Shown: positions 1 through 9,812, counted from the first letter of the stretch. The stretch is 64,000 nt of DNA from an uncultured Gemmatimonadaceae bacterium (GCA_963716745.1 OY970320.1:2304001-2368000); one strand, 5' to 3'. The notes: generated by a model not told the origin, from the sequence alone. Numbers and translations are program-made.

Positions 1-366
1 GGCTTTGCGGCCTTGGCGTTGGTACTGACCGGTATCGGGATCTACGGCGTGATCTCGTACGGCGTGTCGCAGCGCACGTATGAGATCGGATTGCGCATGG
101 CGATGGGCGCGGGGGCCGGGTCGGTGCTGAGGCTGGTGATCTCCGAGGGCGTGAGGCTGGCGCTGATCGGACTTGGCATCGGCCTCGCCGGCGGCGTCGC
201 GATCTCCATCGTGGCGCGCAGTTTGCTCGTGGGCGTGACCGCGTTCGATGCGCCAACGATCCTCTTGGTGTCGGCGGTGCTGCTGGCGGTCGCGGCGCTG
301 GCGTCCTTCGTGCCGGCGAGGAGGGCGGTCGCGGTGAGCCCGACGGAGGCACTGCGGGGAGGTTGA
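1..366 (+). CDS. ABC transporter permease (FtsX/ADOP type), C-terminal part, truncated by the window edge
   Basis: GIYGVISYGVSQRTYEIGLRMAMGA and ASFVPARRA...PTEALR motifs, also seen at the C-termini of the permeases at 13592 and 16437. Confidence 0.9.
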   Translation, partial: GFAALALVLTGIGIYGVISYGVSQRTYEIGLRMAMGAGAGSVLRLVISEGVRLALIGLGIGLAGGVAISIVARSLLVGVTAFDAPTILLVSAVLLAVAALASFVPARRAVAVSPTEALRGG

Positions 367-446
367 GGGCGGAGTGGGGAGTTCCTGCTGGACCAGCCTC
401 GTCGTAAGTTGGTCGCATCGGCAGCCAATATCCCGACACGCAGTCC

Positions 447-1205
447 GTGAGGCACCCAGTGAGCGGCAAGGTTGTGATCATCACCGGCGCGAGCAGCGGC
501 ATCGGCGCCACGCTCGGCGAACTCCTCGCAAAGCGGGGCGACTCGCTGGTCCTCGTCGCCCGTCGCGCCGACGCGCTCAAGGCCGTCGTCGATCGCTGCG
601 GCCCCAACGCCCTCGCCATCGTCGCCGATGTCACTCGTCGCGAGGACGTGAAGCGCATGATCGCCGAATCCATCGCGCGGTTCGGCCATGTCGACGTCCT
701 CGTGAACAATGTGGGGCAGGGGATCACCCGCCCGCCGTCGGAACTCACGGACGACGACATCGACGACATGATGCGAGCCAATGTGAAGTCCGCCATCTAT
801 GGTATGCAGGAGATTCTGCCGCATTTCAAATCGCGCGGCACGGGCCACGTGATCAACATCTCCTCAATGCTCGGCCGCATGCCGCTCGCGATGTTCCGGT
901 CGGCGTACATTGGCGCGAAGCATTTTCTGAATGCGATCACCGCCACGTTCCGCGAAGAAGTGCAGGCGACGCATCCGAACATCCAGTTCTCACTCGTGTC
1001 GCCGCCGGTGGTATACACGGAATTCGGCGTGCACGCGAAGCACGGCGGCCCCGATTCGCGGCAACTCGCCGGCGGGCAGGATGTGGGCGATGCCGCCGCC
1101 GTGATCGCCGATGTGATCGTATCGCGGCGGCCGGATGTGTATACGCGCGCTGGGTCCAAGGCCGCGGTGAGCGCCTATTTCGAGAGAGTTGGCGAGGACC
1201 CGTGA
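447..1205 (+). CDS. SDR family oxidoreductase
   Basis: TGASSGIG Rossmann motif, NNVG, YxxxK (YIGAK). Confidence 0.9.
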   Translation: MRHPVSGKVVIITGASSGIGATLGELLAKRGDSLVLVARRADALKAVVDRCGPNALAIVADVTRREDVKRMIAESIARFGHVDVLVNNVGQGITRPPSELTDDDIDDMMRANVKSAIYGMQEILPHFKSRGTGHVINISSMLGRMPLAMFRSAYIGAKHFLNAITATFREEVQATHPNIQFSLVSPPVVYTEFGVHAKHGGPDSRQLAGGQDVGDAAAVIADVIVSRRPDVYTRAGSKAAVSAYFERVGEDP

Positions 1206-1253
1206 TGCGCGGGCGAACCGAACGCACGTAACCCAAGCCGGAGAGTTGAGTCA

Positions 1254-1790
1254 ATGCCACAACGCGTGCCAAGACCGCTGCAATGGTTCCTCACGCTCGC
1301 CGTGCTCGGTACGAGCCTTCGACTGTGGGCGGGGATCAGGGCGCCCGTGCTCAATGTGAGCGACAAAGGTCAGCTTTGGGCCGCGTTGGGCATGGGAGTG
1401 GTCGTGGCATTCGCCGCCCGATATTTCACTCGAGGGCGAGATCTGGGAATGGGCAATGCGCCCCCCTTCGTCGCCTCCATGATCGTGGCACTGATGGGAT
1501 TCTCGCTCGGCGCGCTGCTCGGCTCGGGACTCTATCTCACGGGCAACGCGGTGTTCGACGGTACGCCGGTGAAGTGGACAGTATTCACCGTTGAGGGCCA
1601 TCCGCGCGCGCGAAATGGGAGTCAGCTCGAGTTGCGCGAATATTCCGCCGAAGGATCGGTGCACGAGGTTTGGATCGCGGATACGAGGGCAACGGCGAAT
1701 CTATCGATCGGGGATAAGGTGGAAGTGCCTGTGAAGCCCGGGGCGTTCGGGACGGCTTGGATCGACGGGGAAGCGCGAACGGCGAAATAG
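1254..1790 (+). CDS. hypothetical membrane protein
   Basis: 178-aa ORF with about three hydrophobic segments followed by a soluble tail. Confidence 0.65.
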   Translation: MPQRVPRPLQWFLTLAVLGTSLRLWAGIRAPVLNVSDKGQLWAALGMGVVVAFAARYFTRGRDLGMGNAPPFVASMIVALMGFSLGALLGSGLYLTGNAVFDGTPVKWTVFTVEGHPRARNGSQLELREYSAEGSVHEVWIADTRATANLSIGDKVEVPVKPGAFGTAWIDGEARTAK

Positions 1791-1807
1791 GCCGCCAGGG
1801 CGCTTAA

Positions 1808-1991
1808 GGTTGCAGAGAACAGTAAACAGTCACGAGTACCTGCCAGTCGACAGTCAACAGCTCATAGGTCACAGAGAACGGATCAGCTTTGGGAGAGATC
1901 TCTCTCCCATTCGTGATCCGCTTTCTGTGACCTGTTGACTGTTGACTGTCGACTGGCAGTCACTCGTGACTGTTTTCTGTTGACTGCAACC
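1808..1991. repeat. long inverted-repeat element, copy 1 (empty)
   Basis: arm GGTTGCAG..AACAGTAAACAGTCACGAGT..CCAGTCGACAGTCAACAG..CACAGA and its reverse complement ending CTGCAACC, around a short hairpin spacer. Confidence 0.95.
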
Positions 1992-2080
1992 CTCATTTCC
2001 TGGTGGCAAAGCAGTCCCCGCCTTGCCATCTCCCACGCACAGGGCCAACATAAATAAGCCCCGCCCCATGGGAGATCTCC

Positions 2081-3898
2081 GTGGCTCCGACGAATGTTTC
2101 CGATCCACAGTACTACCATAAAGTCGTCGACTGCCAATGGGCATGTCCTGCCCACACGAACGTCCCAGAATACCTCCGCCTCATCGCGCAGGGGCAGTAC
2201 ACCGATTCCTATATGCTCAACCGGGAATCGAACGTTTTCCCCGGAATTCTTGGCAGCACCTGCGACCGCCCCTGTGAACCCGCGTGCCGCCGAGGACGCG
2301 TCGACGGGAAACCGGTCGCGATCTGCCGCCTGAAACGCGTCGCCGCCGATCTGCGCGATGACATCACCGACCGCCTCCCCACCGCCCCACTCGTCAAGAA
2401 CGGAAAACGCATCGCCCTCGTCGGCTGCGGGCCTGCCTCGCTCACGGTCGCGAACGATCTCATGCCACTCGGCTACGAGTGCGTGATCTTCGAGAAGATG
2501 GACCGCTCGGGCGGACTCATGCGCATCAACATTCCCGCCTTCCGTCTTCCGGCCCACGTCCTGGATGAGGAGATCGAGTACATCACCAACATGGGCGTCG
2601 ACGTGCGCTACAACGCCCCCGTGAACAGCATGAAAGCGCTACTCGACGAGGGCTACGACGCGGTGTTCGTCGGCAGCGGCGCGCCCAAGGGGAAAGAGCT
2701 CGACATTCCGGGCCGCAACGACCCCGCGATCGCCGCGAACATCCAGATCGGCATCGAGTGGCTCGCCTCGGTCCACTTCGGCCACATCGAGAAGATCGGC
2801 AAGCGCGTGCTCATCATCGGCGTCGGCAATACGGCCATGGACTGCTGCCGCACGTCGAAGCGCCTCGGCGCGACGGATGTGAAGGTCATCGCGCGCCGCG
2901 GCCGGAAGTACTTCAAGGCGAGCCCGTGGGAGCTCGAAGATGCTGAAGAGGAATTGGTCGAGATCGTCGAGAACCACGCGCCCAAGAATTTCGTGATCAA
3001 GAATGGAAAGCTGGTCGGCATGGAGTTCGAAGTGCTGCGCTGGACCGTAAGCGCCGACGGCAAGCAGAGCAGTGAAGTGCTCGACACCGTCACCCTCCCG
3101 TGCGACGACGTGATCCTCGCGATCGGCCAGGACAATTCATTCCCCTGGATCGAGCGCGATATCGGGATCGAGTTCGACAAGTGGGAGATGCCGGTGGTGG
3201 ACAAGACCACGTACCAGTGCACGCGCCCCGGCGTCTTCTTCGGCGGCGACGCGGCGTGGGGGCCGCTGAATATCATTTGGGCCGTGGAGCACGGACACCA
3301 AGCGGCGATCTCCATCCACAACCAGTGCCAGAACCTCCCGATCACGGACCGCCCCGCCTTCGGCATGAATCTCGTGAGCGCCAAGGTCGGCATGCACGCC
3401 TGGAGCTACAGCAACGACTACAATCCGAGCCCTCGCGCCAAGATGAATCACGAGGAGCTCGTGAAGCGCTTCACCGATGTGCACATCGAAGTCGAACTCG
3501 GCTTCACTCCCGAGCAGACCGCGCGCGAAGTGGAGCGCTGCCTCAATTGCGATATCGAGACCCATTTCGCCGCGAACCTCTGCATCGAATGCGACGCCTG
3601 CGTCGACGTGTGCCCCGTGAACTGTCTCACTATCGCCCCCGGCGGCGACGAGAAGGACCTCCGCACGCGCCTCATGGCCCCCGCGACGAATCTGACGCAG
3701 GACCTGTACGTGAGCGCCGAGCTCCCCCAAACGAAGCGTGTGATGCTGAAGGATGAGGACGTATGCCTCCACTGCGGCCTCTGCGCCGAGCGCTGCCCCA
3801 CAGCAGCGTGGGACATGCGGAAGTTCGAACTGGAGGTCCCCTACGCGTTCGCAGTTGCAGGCGACAGCCGACAGCCGACAGCCGGGGTTGGTCGTTAG
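2081..3898 (+). CDS. GltD-like FAD/NAD(P)H-dependent oxidoreductase with a C-terminal 4Fe-4S dicluster domain
   Basis: CQWACP and CDRPCEPAC Fe-S motifs, GCGPAS and GVGNTAMD dinucleotide motifs, two CxxCxxCxxxCP motifs. Confidence 0.9.
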   Translation: MAPTNVSDPQYYHKVVDCQWACPAHTNVPEYLRLIAQGQYTDSYMLNRESNVFPGILGSTCDRPCEPACRRGRVDGKPVAICRLKRVAADLRDDITDRLPTAPLVKNGKRIALVGCGPASLTVANDLMPLGYECVIFEKMDRSGGLMRINIPAFRLPAHVLDEEIEYITNMGVDVRYNAPVNSMKALLDEGYDAVFVGSGAPKGKELDIPGRNDPAIAANIQIGIEWLASVHFGHIEKIGKRVLIIGVGNTAMDCCRTSKRLGATDVKVIARRGRKYFKASPWELEDAEEELVEIVENHAPKNFVIKNGKLVGMEFEVLRWTVSADGKQSSEVLDTVTLPCDDVILAIGQDNSFPWIERDIGIEFDKWEMPVVDKTTYQCTRPGVFFGGDAAWGPLNIIWAVEHGHQAAISIHNQCQNLPITDRPAFGMNLVSAKVGMHAWSYSNDYNPSPRAKMNHEELVKRFTDVHIEVELGFTPEQTAREVERCLNCDIETHFAANLCIECDACVDVCPVNCLTIAPGGDEKDLRTRLMAPATNLTQDLYVSAELPQTKRVMLKDEDVCLHCGLCAERCPTAAWDMRKFELEVPYAFAVAGDSRQPTAGVGR

Positions 3899-5737
3899 AT
3901 GTCCGCCGTCAATGATTTCTCGCTGAAGATCGCCACCGTCAACGGAACCGGTTCGGCCTCTGCGAACTCGCTCCTCATGCAGACCATCTTCCGCATGGGC
4001 ATCCCTGTCAGCGGAAAGAACATCTTCCCGTCCAACATCCAGGGCCTCCCCACCTGGTACGAGATCCGCGTCTCGGCGCACGGCTACACGGCGCGTCCGC
4101 CCGAGATCGATCTCGTGGTCGCGCTCAACAACGCCACGTACGCGAAGGATGTCGCCACGGTGCGCCCCGGCGGCTATCTGCTCTACGATTCCAGCTGGCC
4201 GCTCGACGCCGCGCTCAAGCGCGAGGACATCACGATCCTCGGTGTCCCCTTCGGGAAAATGTGCGTGGATGCCTTCGAGCGGGACCGCGATCGCACGCTG
4301 CTTCGCAACATCGCATACGCCGGCGCACTCGCGGCGCTGTTGTCGATCGACATGGATGTCATCACCGAAGCGCTCACCGAGAAATTCAGCAAGAAGAAGG
4401 CGTTGCTCGACGCGAATTTCACCGCGATCAGACTCGGTCACGATTTCGCGAAGGCGAACTTCACGTGTCCGCTGCCGTTCCATCTCAAGAAGATGGACGC
4501 CACGAAAGGGCACATCCTGATCGACGGCAATACGTCCGCCGCGCTCGGCGCTGTATACGCGGGCGCTACCGTGGGCGCGTGGTATCCGATCACGCCGGCC
4601 ACGTCGCTCATGGAGGCGTTCAAGGAATTCTGCGAGCGCTATCGCGTGGACCCGAAAACGAAGGAGAAGCGCTACTGCATCATCCAGGCGGAAGATGAAT
4701 TGGCGGCGGCCGGCATCGTGATCGGCGCGTGCTGGGCTGGGGCGCGGTCGTTCACGTCCACCGCGGGTCCCGGCATCGATCTCATGAGCGAGTTCATCGG
4801 GCTCGCGTACTATACCGAGACGCCGGCCGTCTTCTACGACATCCAGCGCACCGGCCCGAGCACCGGCATGCCGACGCGCACGCAGCAGGGCGATTTTCTG
4901 TCCATCGCGTATGCCTCGCACGGCGACACGAAGCACATCATGATCTTCCCGCGCGATCCGGAAGAGTGTTTCTCGATGAGCGTGGAGAGTTTCGATCTCG
5001 CCGAGCGTTTCCAGACGCCGGTGTTCGTCGTGAGCGATCTCGATATCGGGATGAACGACTGGATGTGCCCGCGGCTCAAGTGGAGCGACAAGTTCCGCCC
5101 CGACCGCGGCAAGGTGCTCGGCCCGGCGGAGTTGGAGAAGATCAAGAAGTTCAATCGCTATCTCGATCTCGACGGCGACGGCATCGCAGCGCGCACGCTT
5201 CCCGGGCAGGATGCGAAAGGCGCCTTCTTCTCTCGCGGCTCGGGCCATGACAAGTACGGCGCCTACACCGAGGAGAGCGACGCGTACAAGGAGGTCGTGG
5301 ACCGGATCGCGCGAAAGATCAATGGTTCCGCCGAGTCGCTGCCGGCCCCGGAGATCGTGAAGCAGAAGGACGCGAAGATCGGTCTCGTGAGCATCGGCGG
5401 CTGCGACGCCGCCGTGCGCGAAGCGTGCGATTCGTTGGCCGCGCAGAGCACAAAGGTGGACTACATGCGCATCCGCGCCTTCCCATTCGCGAAGGCGGTC
5501 TTGGAATTCCTCGAGTCCCACGACCGCATCTTCGTGATCGAGCAGAACCGCGACGCACAATTGCGGTCGCTGCTCACCATCGAGACCGGCTTCCCCCGCG
5601 ACCAAATGACGCCCGTCTTGGACTACGCCGGCTTGCCCCTCACCGCAAAGGTAGTCGTAGACGCCGTGTCGCCTGCGACAGCCAACAGCCGACAGCCCGC
5701 TTCAGTAGTTAAGAAGCGCAAGCCCGCCCGCACATGA
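3899..5737 (+). CDS. korA: 2-oxoacid:ferredoxin oxidoreductase alpha subunit
   Basis: YPITPAT, QAEDELAA, QRTGPSTGMPT motifs; substrate specificity not determinable. Confidence 0.85.
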   Translation: MSAVNDFSLKIATVNGTGSASANSLLMQTIFRMGIPVSGKNIFPSNIQGLPTWYEIRVSAHGYTARPPEIDLVVALNNATYAKDVATVRPGGYLLYDSSWPLDAALKREDITILGVPFGKMCVDAFERDRDRTLLRNIAYAGALAALLSIDMDVITEALTEKFSKKKALLDANFTAIRLGHDFAKANFTCPLPFHLKKMDATKGHILIDGNTSAALGAVYAGATVGAWYPITPATSLMEAFKEFCERYRVDPKTKEKRYCIIQAEDELAAAGIVIGACWAGARSFTSTAGPGIDLMSEFIGLAYYTETPAVFYDIQRTGPSTGMPTRTQQGDFLSIAYASHGDTKHIMIFPRDPEECFSMSVESFDLAERFQTPVFVVSDLDIGMNDWMCPRLKWSDKFRPDRGKVLGPAELEKIKKFNRYLDLDGDGIAARTLPGQDAKGAFFSRGSGHDKYGAYTEESDAYKEVVDRIARKINGSAESLPAPEIVKQKDAKIGLVSIGGCDAAVREACDSLAAQSTKVDYMRIRAFPFAKAVLEFLESHDRIFVIEQNRDAQLRSLLTIETGFPRDQMTPVLDYAGLPLTAKVVVDAVSPATANSRQPASVVKKRKPART

Positions 5738-6789
5738 CCTCCATCACAAAACCCCCCGTCACCCACCCCGGCCTCCGGAAGAACCAGTTAGGCCTGACGA
5801 CAAGGGATTATGAAGGTTCCATGTCCACCCTCTGCGCCGGTTGCGGCCACGATTCCGTCACCGCCGCGCTGATCACCGCTTTCTGGGAATGCGACGTGCC
5901 GCCCCACATGGCCGCGAAGCTCAGCGGCATCGGCTGCTCGTCCAAGACCACCGCGTATTTCATGAAGCAATCGCACGGATTCAATTCCGTGCACGGCCGC
6001 ATGCCCGCGCTCGCGAGCGGCGCGAACGCGGCGAACCGCGATCTCATGTGCATCGGCATCTCCGGCGACGGCGATTCACTCTCGATCGGACTCGGCCAGC
6101 TCAGTCACGCCATCCGCCGGAACATTAGTCTGCTCTACGTGATCGAGAACAACGGCGTGTACGGACTCACCAAGGGACAATTCTCCGCGTCGTCTGACGT
6201 CGGATCGAAATCGAAGAAAGGCGAAGCCAACGTTTCGCCCCCGATCGATCCCTGCCTGCTCGCGCTCACGCTCGGCGCCACCTTCGTCGCGCGATGTTTT
6301 TCTGGCGACAAGAAACAACTCGTGCCCATTCTCAGCGCCGGCCTGCGCCACAAGGGACTGGCATTGATCGACGTGATCAGCCCCTGCGTCACCTTCAACG
6401 ATCACGAAGGCTCGACCAAGAGCTATCGCTACACCCGCGAGCACACGAGCGAGGTGGAGTGGGGCGATATGGTGCCATTACGCCGCGAGATCACCGCGCC
6501 CGACGCCGACACCAATGTCGTGACCGTCATGATGCATGACGGTGTGCCAATGCGATTCCGGAAGACCAGCGGCGGCTACGATCCCACCGATCGCGAAGCG
6601 GCATATAGTCACGTGCGCGCCTGCCAGAAGCGCGGCGAAGTGGCGACAGGACTGCTATTCATCGATGAGTCGGGGAACGACATGCACGCCGTGAACCACA
6701 CCGTCGCGCGCCCGCTCGTGAACGTACCCTACGAGGACCTGTGCCCCGGCAGCGCGGCGCTCGAGGAGTTGATGGGGGAGTTCCGCTGA
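5734..6789 (+). CDS. korB: 2-oxoacid:ferredoxin oxidoreductase beta subunit
   Basis: CAGCG, SGIGCSS, TPP-binding GDGD...NNGVYGLTKGQ motif; ATGA overlap with the alpha subunit gene. Confidence 0.9.
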   Translation: MTSITKPPVTHPGLRKNQLGLTTRDYEGSMSTLCAGCGHDSVTAALITAFWECDVPPHMAAKLSGIGCSSKTTAYFMKQSHGFNSVHGRMPALASGANAANRDLMCIGISGDGDSLSIGLGQLSHAIRRNISLLYVIENNGVYGLTKGQFSASSDVGSKSKKGEANVSPPIDPCLLALTLGATFVARCFSGDKKQLVPILSAGLRHKGLALIDVISPCVTFNDHEGSTKSYRYTREHTSEVEWGDMVPLRREITAPDADTNVVTVMMHDGVPMRFRKTSGGYDPTDREAAYSHVRACQKRGEVATGLLFIDESGNDMHAVNHTVARPLVNVPYEDLCPGSAALEELMGEFR

Positions 6790-7148
6790 GCGAGCCGTCT
6801 GCGCTCGGGAGCGCCCGCACACCGTGGCCGGCGATTCTCGCCGGCGCAATTATCGTCGCCAGCGGATTCATCCTGGGCGCCCCCAGCGTCCTCATCATCA
6901 TGATCACGACCGTGATCGGGATGACTGTCTGGTCATATGGATGTTTTCGATGGGCTCAGGGCGCTGCGCCCGTACCGTTGGTGCTTTGGGGCCTCGTGCT
7001 CGCCGGCGCAGCTCCCACATCCATCCCGTTCATCCGGACGCCCGATGATTGGGAGATGTGGCTCGGCATGACTGGTGCCATCGCGTCCGCCGTAGGATTG
7101 GCGTTCCTCGTTACAGGGGTGGTCCGACTGTCGAGAGCTCTCCAATGA
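6741..7148 (+). CDS. small hypothetical membrane protein (start uncertain)
   Basis: about four hydrophobic segments; stop overlaps the next ATG. Confidence 0.55.
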   Translation: MPRQRGARGVDGGVPLSEPSALGSARTPWPAILAGAIIVASGFILGAPSVLIIMITTVIGMTVWSYGCFRWAQGAAPVPLVLWGLVLAGAAPTSIPFIRTPDDWEMWLGMTGAIASAVGLAFLVTGVVRLSRALQ

Positions 7149-7774
7149 ATCTTCTGATCCTCGGCGCCTCTGGCGGCACCGGCCGGCAGCTAGTTTCCCA
7201 AGCGCTCGCGGCGGGGCATCGCGTCACCGCAGTGTCGCGCCATCCCGATGGTTCAGGCGTTCCGCACCGGAATCTGTCGCTGGCGACGGCCGACGTCGCC
7301 GAGGATCCTAGTGCGATCGACCGCGTACTTCCGGGGCATGACGCGGTGCTCAGCGCGCTTGGGAGAGGGCTCTCGTTCGCGCCGAAACATCTCAGCGCGC
7401 ATACGGCCGCGAGATTGATTCCCGCGATGGAGCGTCTCGGCCCGAAGCGTCTCGTGTGGCTGTCGGCATGCGGTGTCGCGCCCGATTACGACGGCGCGAC
7501 CGGGCTCTCGAGATTGTTCTTCCGCACGCTGCTGAAAGGGATATATGCTGACAAATCGATCGGCGATGCGGCGGTGCGCGAGAGTCGGTTGGAGTGGACG
7601 ATCATTTGTCCGGTGATGCTTACGAATGATCGGGCGATCGGGAAATATCGGGTCGGGGAGCGGCTGGACGGCGTGAGTGGTGCGAAGATCTCACGGGCAA
7701 CGGTCGCGTCGTTCATGTTGCGATGTGCGACGGAAAGAGAGGCGGCGGTGAAGCGGTTGATCATCTCGTCTTAG
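7145..7774 (+). CDS. NAD(P)H-binding flavin reductase-like (atypical SDR) protein
   Basis: MNLLILGASGGTG N-terminus, LEWTIICP, ISRATVA motifs. Confidence 0.85.
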   Translation: MNLLILGASGGTGRQLVSQALAAGHRVTAVSRHPDGSGVPHRNLSLATADVAEDPSAIDRVLPGHDAVLSALGRGLSFAPKHLSAHTAARLIPAMERLGPKRLVWLSACGVAPDYDGATGLSRLFFRTLLKGIYADKSIGDAAVRESRLEWTIICPVMLTNDRAIGKYRVGERLDGVSGAKISRATVASFMLRCATEREAAVKRLIISS

Positions 7775-7811
7775 GGCGGGGGACTTCGGCGGCATCACCA
7801 GGGGGCTTAGG

Positions 7812-7996
7812 GTTGCAGTCAACAGCAAACAGTCACGAGTACCGGCCAGTCGACAGTCAACAGCTCACAGGTCACAGAAAACGGATCACGATATGGGCGA
7901 GCGATCTCTCCCTTATTCGTGATCCGTTTTCTGTGACCTGTTGACTGTTGACTGTCGACTGGCAGTCACTCGTGACTGTTTACTGTTTTCTGCAAC
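7812..7996. repeat. long inverted-repeat element, copy 2 (empty)
   Basis: same arms as copy 1, inner stem GAAAACGGATCACGA/TCGTGATCCGTTTTC; lies between convergent genes. Confidence 0.95.
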
Positions 7997-9091
7997 TCAA
8001 TGCACACTGGTGGCTCGCGCCGTTGCAGTTTCAATCGACCACAACAGGATCTCCCTCGCTCTCATGACCCACGCGCGGTAAGCGGCATTATTCGTGCGCG
8101 CAGGCAATCGCGAAATCCCATCAAGATCGAACGCCGCCCCCCACGCTCCCAATCCCGCCTTCACCCCATCAAGCGCATTCAGCATTTGCTCAACATGCCC
8201 CTCAACCGGCACCATGAACACCGCTTTCCCCAACACCCCCGCCTCCGCCACCGACTCGAATCCCGCAGTCGACACCACGCACTTACACCCCGCCATCATC
8301 TGCAGAAATAACTCTCCGTCCAGTCGATGGAACGTCAAAGTATCGTCATGCCGAAATTCCTTCGGCGCACCAGGCTTATCATAGAAACAATGGATCTCCG
8401 TCTCCGGATGCCGTCCATGCCACTCGAGCACATGCTCGGCGTAACCATGATTCACCATATAGACCAAGACGAAATGCCCGGCGGGATCGGTCTCCAACTC
8501 GAATAGATGCTTCCTCAGCAACGGCGGTGCGACGGACATTCGTTCGTGCGGCAGATCCGGCGCCTCATAGTGTGACAGCGCCAGCCACGAAGACCGCGCG
8601 CCCACAAGCCGAGTGTACCACATGAGCCCCGCCTGCTGCGCGCGCATCTCGCGCATGTTCGGGAACGCGGGATGTTCCTGCAGGAACTGATGCCCGAGCG
8701 CGATGATCGGCGGCCGCGCGCGATACGCAAGCGCGTACACGCCCGTGAGCACTTCGTAGAAATTCAGGATCACATCAGGACTCCGCTCGCGCACGAGCGT
8801 CGCGAGCGCGCGCACGCTGCGCGCATACTCAGGCAGTCGCCGCAGCGCCCTCGCGATCGTGGCCGGCATATTCACCGACCGATTCCCCGTGAACGCGAAC
8901 TCCAGCGTCGGGATCACCGTCAACGCCACCGGCATCGCCGAAGCGAAGTAGTCCGGCAATTTCCTCTCGCGCCCCATCCCGACCACCACGCCCACGATCT
9001 CGTGCCCCGCGCTCTCGACGATCTCCTTGGCCGCCATCGCCTGGGTCAAGTGACCCCGTCCCTCGCCCTGTACGCAGAAGAGGATTCGCAT
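7997..9091 (-). CDS. glycosyltransferase, GT-B fold (MJ1255/VC2487-like)
   Basis: MRILFCVQGEGRGH N-terminus; STAGFES..EA..LGK...VPVEGHVEQ..NA C-terminal motif. Confidence 0.85.
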   Translation of the reverse strand: MRILFCVQGEGRGHLTQAMAAKEIVESAGHEIVGVVVGMGRERKLPDYFASAMPVALTVIPTLEFAFTGNRSVNMPATIARALRRLPEYARSVRALATLVRERSPDVILNFYEVLTGVYALAYRARPPIIALGHQFLQEHPAFPNMREMRAQQAGLMWYTRLVGARSSWLALSHYEAPDLPHERMSVAPPLLRKHLFELETDPAGHFVLVYMVNHGYAEHVLEWHGRHPETEIHCFYDKPGAPKEFRHDDTLTFHRLDGELFLQMMAGCKCVVSTAGFESVAEAGVLGKAVFMVPVEGHVEQMLNALDGVKAGLGAWGAAFDLDGISRLPARTNNAAYRAWVMRAREILLWSIETATARATSVH

Positions 9092-9812
9092 GGAGCTCGA
9101 GTAAAGTGATGACGCCGTCGAAATCCTCGACCAGCGCAGTGCAACTCTCCACCCAATCGCCGCAATTGAGATAGCGCACGCCGCCAATATCCTTCATCTC
9201 CGCGCGGTGGATATGACCGCAGATCACGCCGTCGGCGCCCTCACGGCGAGCCATCTGTGCGATCGTGCGCTCGTAGTCCGACATGTAGGCGACTGCGGCC
9301 TTGGCCTTCCCCTTGAGGTAGGCGGCGACGGACCAGTAGCCGAAGCCGAGCGTCCGGCGCAGGCGGTTGAAATGGAGATTGAAATCGAGGATCCAGTCGT
9401 AGAGATGGGATCCCACGCGCTCGAGCAGGGGGCCGATGCTCGTGAGACCGTCGGCCTGGTGTCCGTGGAGGACGAGATAGCGCTTGCCGTCGGCGCCGAC
9501 GTGGATCACTTGGCGCGCGATGGTCACGCTGCCGAATTGCAGCCCCGCGAAATCCTCGAGGAATTCGTCATGATTGCCCGTGATATAGATCACGCGCGTC
9601 TGCTTACGGCTCTTTCGCAGCAGTTTTTGGATCAGAACATTGTAATCATCGTGCCAATGCCACTTCGACTTCAATTGCCAGCCATCGACGATATCGCCGA
9701 CAAGGTAGAGATAGTCGGAATCGTTGTGTTTCAGGAATTCGAGGAGAAGATCGGGGCGGGAATGTTTTGTGCCGAGGTGGAGGTCGGAGAGCCAGATTGT
9801 GCGATAGTGCAT
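8829..9812 (-). CDS. LpxH-like metallophosphoesterase (UDP-2,3-diacylglucosamine diphosphatase family)
   Basis: SDLHLG, GDIVDGW, GNHD, HGH, CGHIH, NCGDWVES motifs; the 3' end overlaps the glycosyltransferase gene by ~260 nt. Confidence 0.85.
   Translation of the reverse strand: MHYRTIWLSDLHLGTKHSRPDLLLEFLKHNDSDYLYLVGDIVDGWQLKSKWHWHDDYNVLIQKLLRKSRKQTRVIYITGNHDEFLEDFAGLQFGSVTIARQVIHVGADGKRYLVLHGHQADGLTSIGPLLERVGSHLYDWILDFNLHFNRLRRTLGFGYWSVAAYLKGKAKAAVAYMSDYERTIAQMARREGADGVICGHIHRAEMKDIGGVRYLNCGDWVESCTALVEDFDGVITLLELHANPLLRTGRGTGSLDPGDGGQGDRRERGARDRGRGGRDGAREEIAGLLRFGDAGGVDGDPDAGVRVHGESVGEYAGHDREGAAATA

Noticed and set aside
1869..2144. Short ORFs containing KQSRVTASRQSTVN or LLTVDWQSLVTV (also near 7723, 9865, 11142, 11186, 56201)
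   Set aside because: These are translations of the repeat arms, not independent genes.
3137..5605. Long antisense ORFs (822 aa here; also 21962-23647, 44100-46007 and others)
   Set aside because: Shadow frames of well-supported genes in high-GC DNA, with no recognisable motifs.
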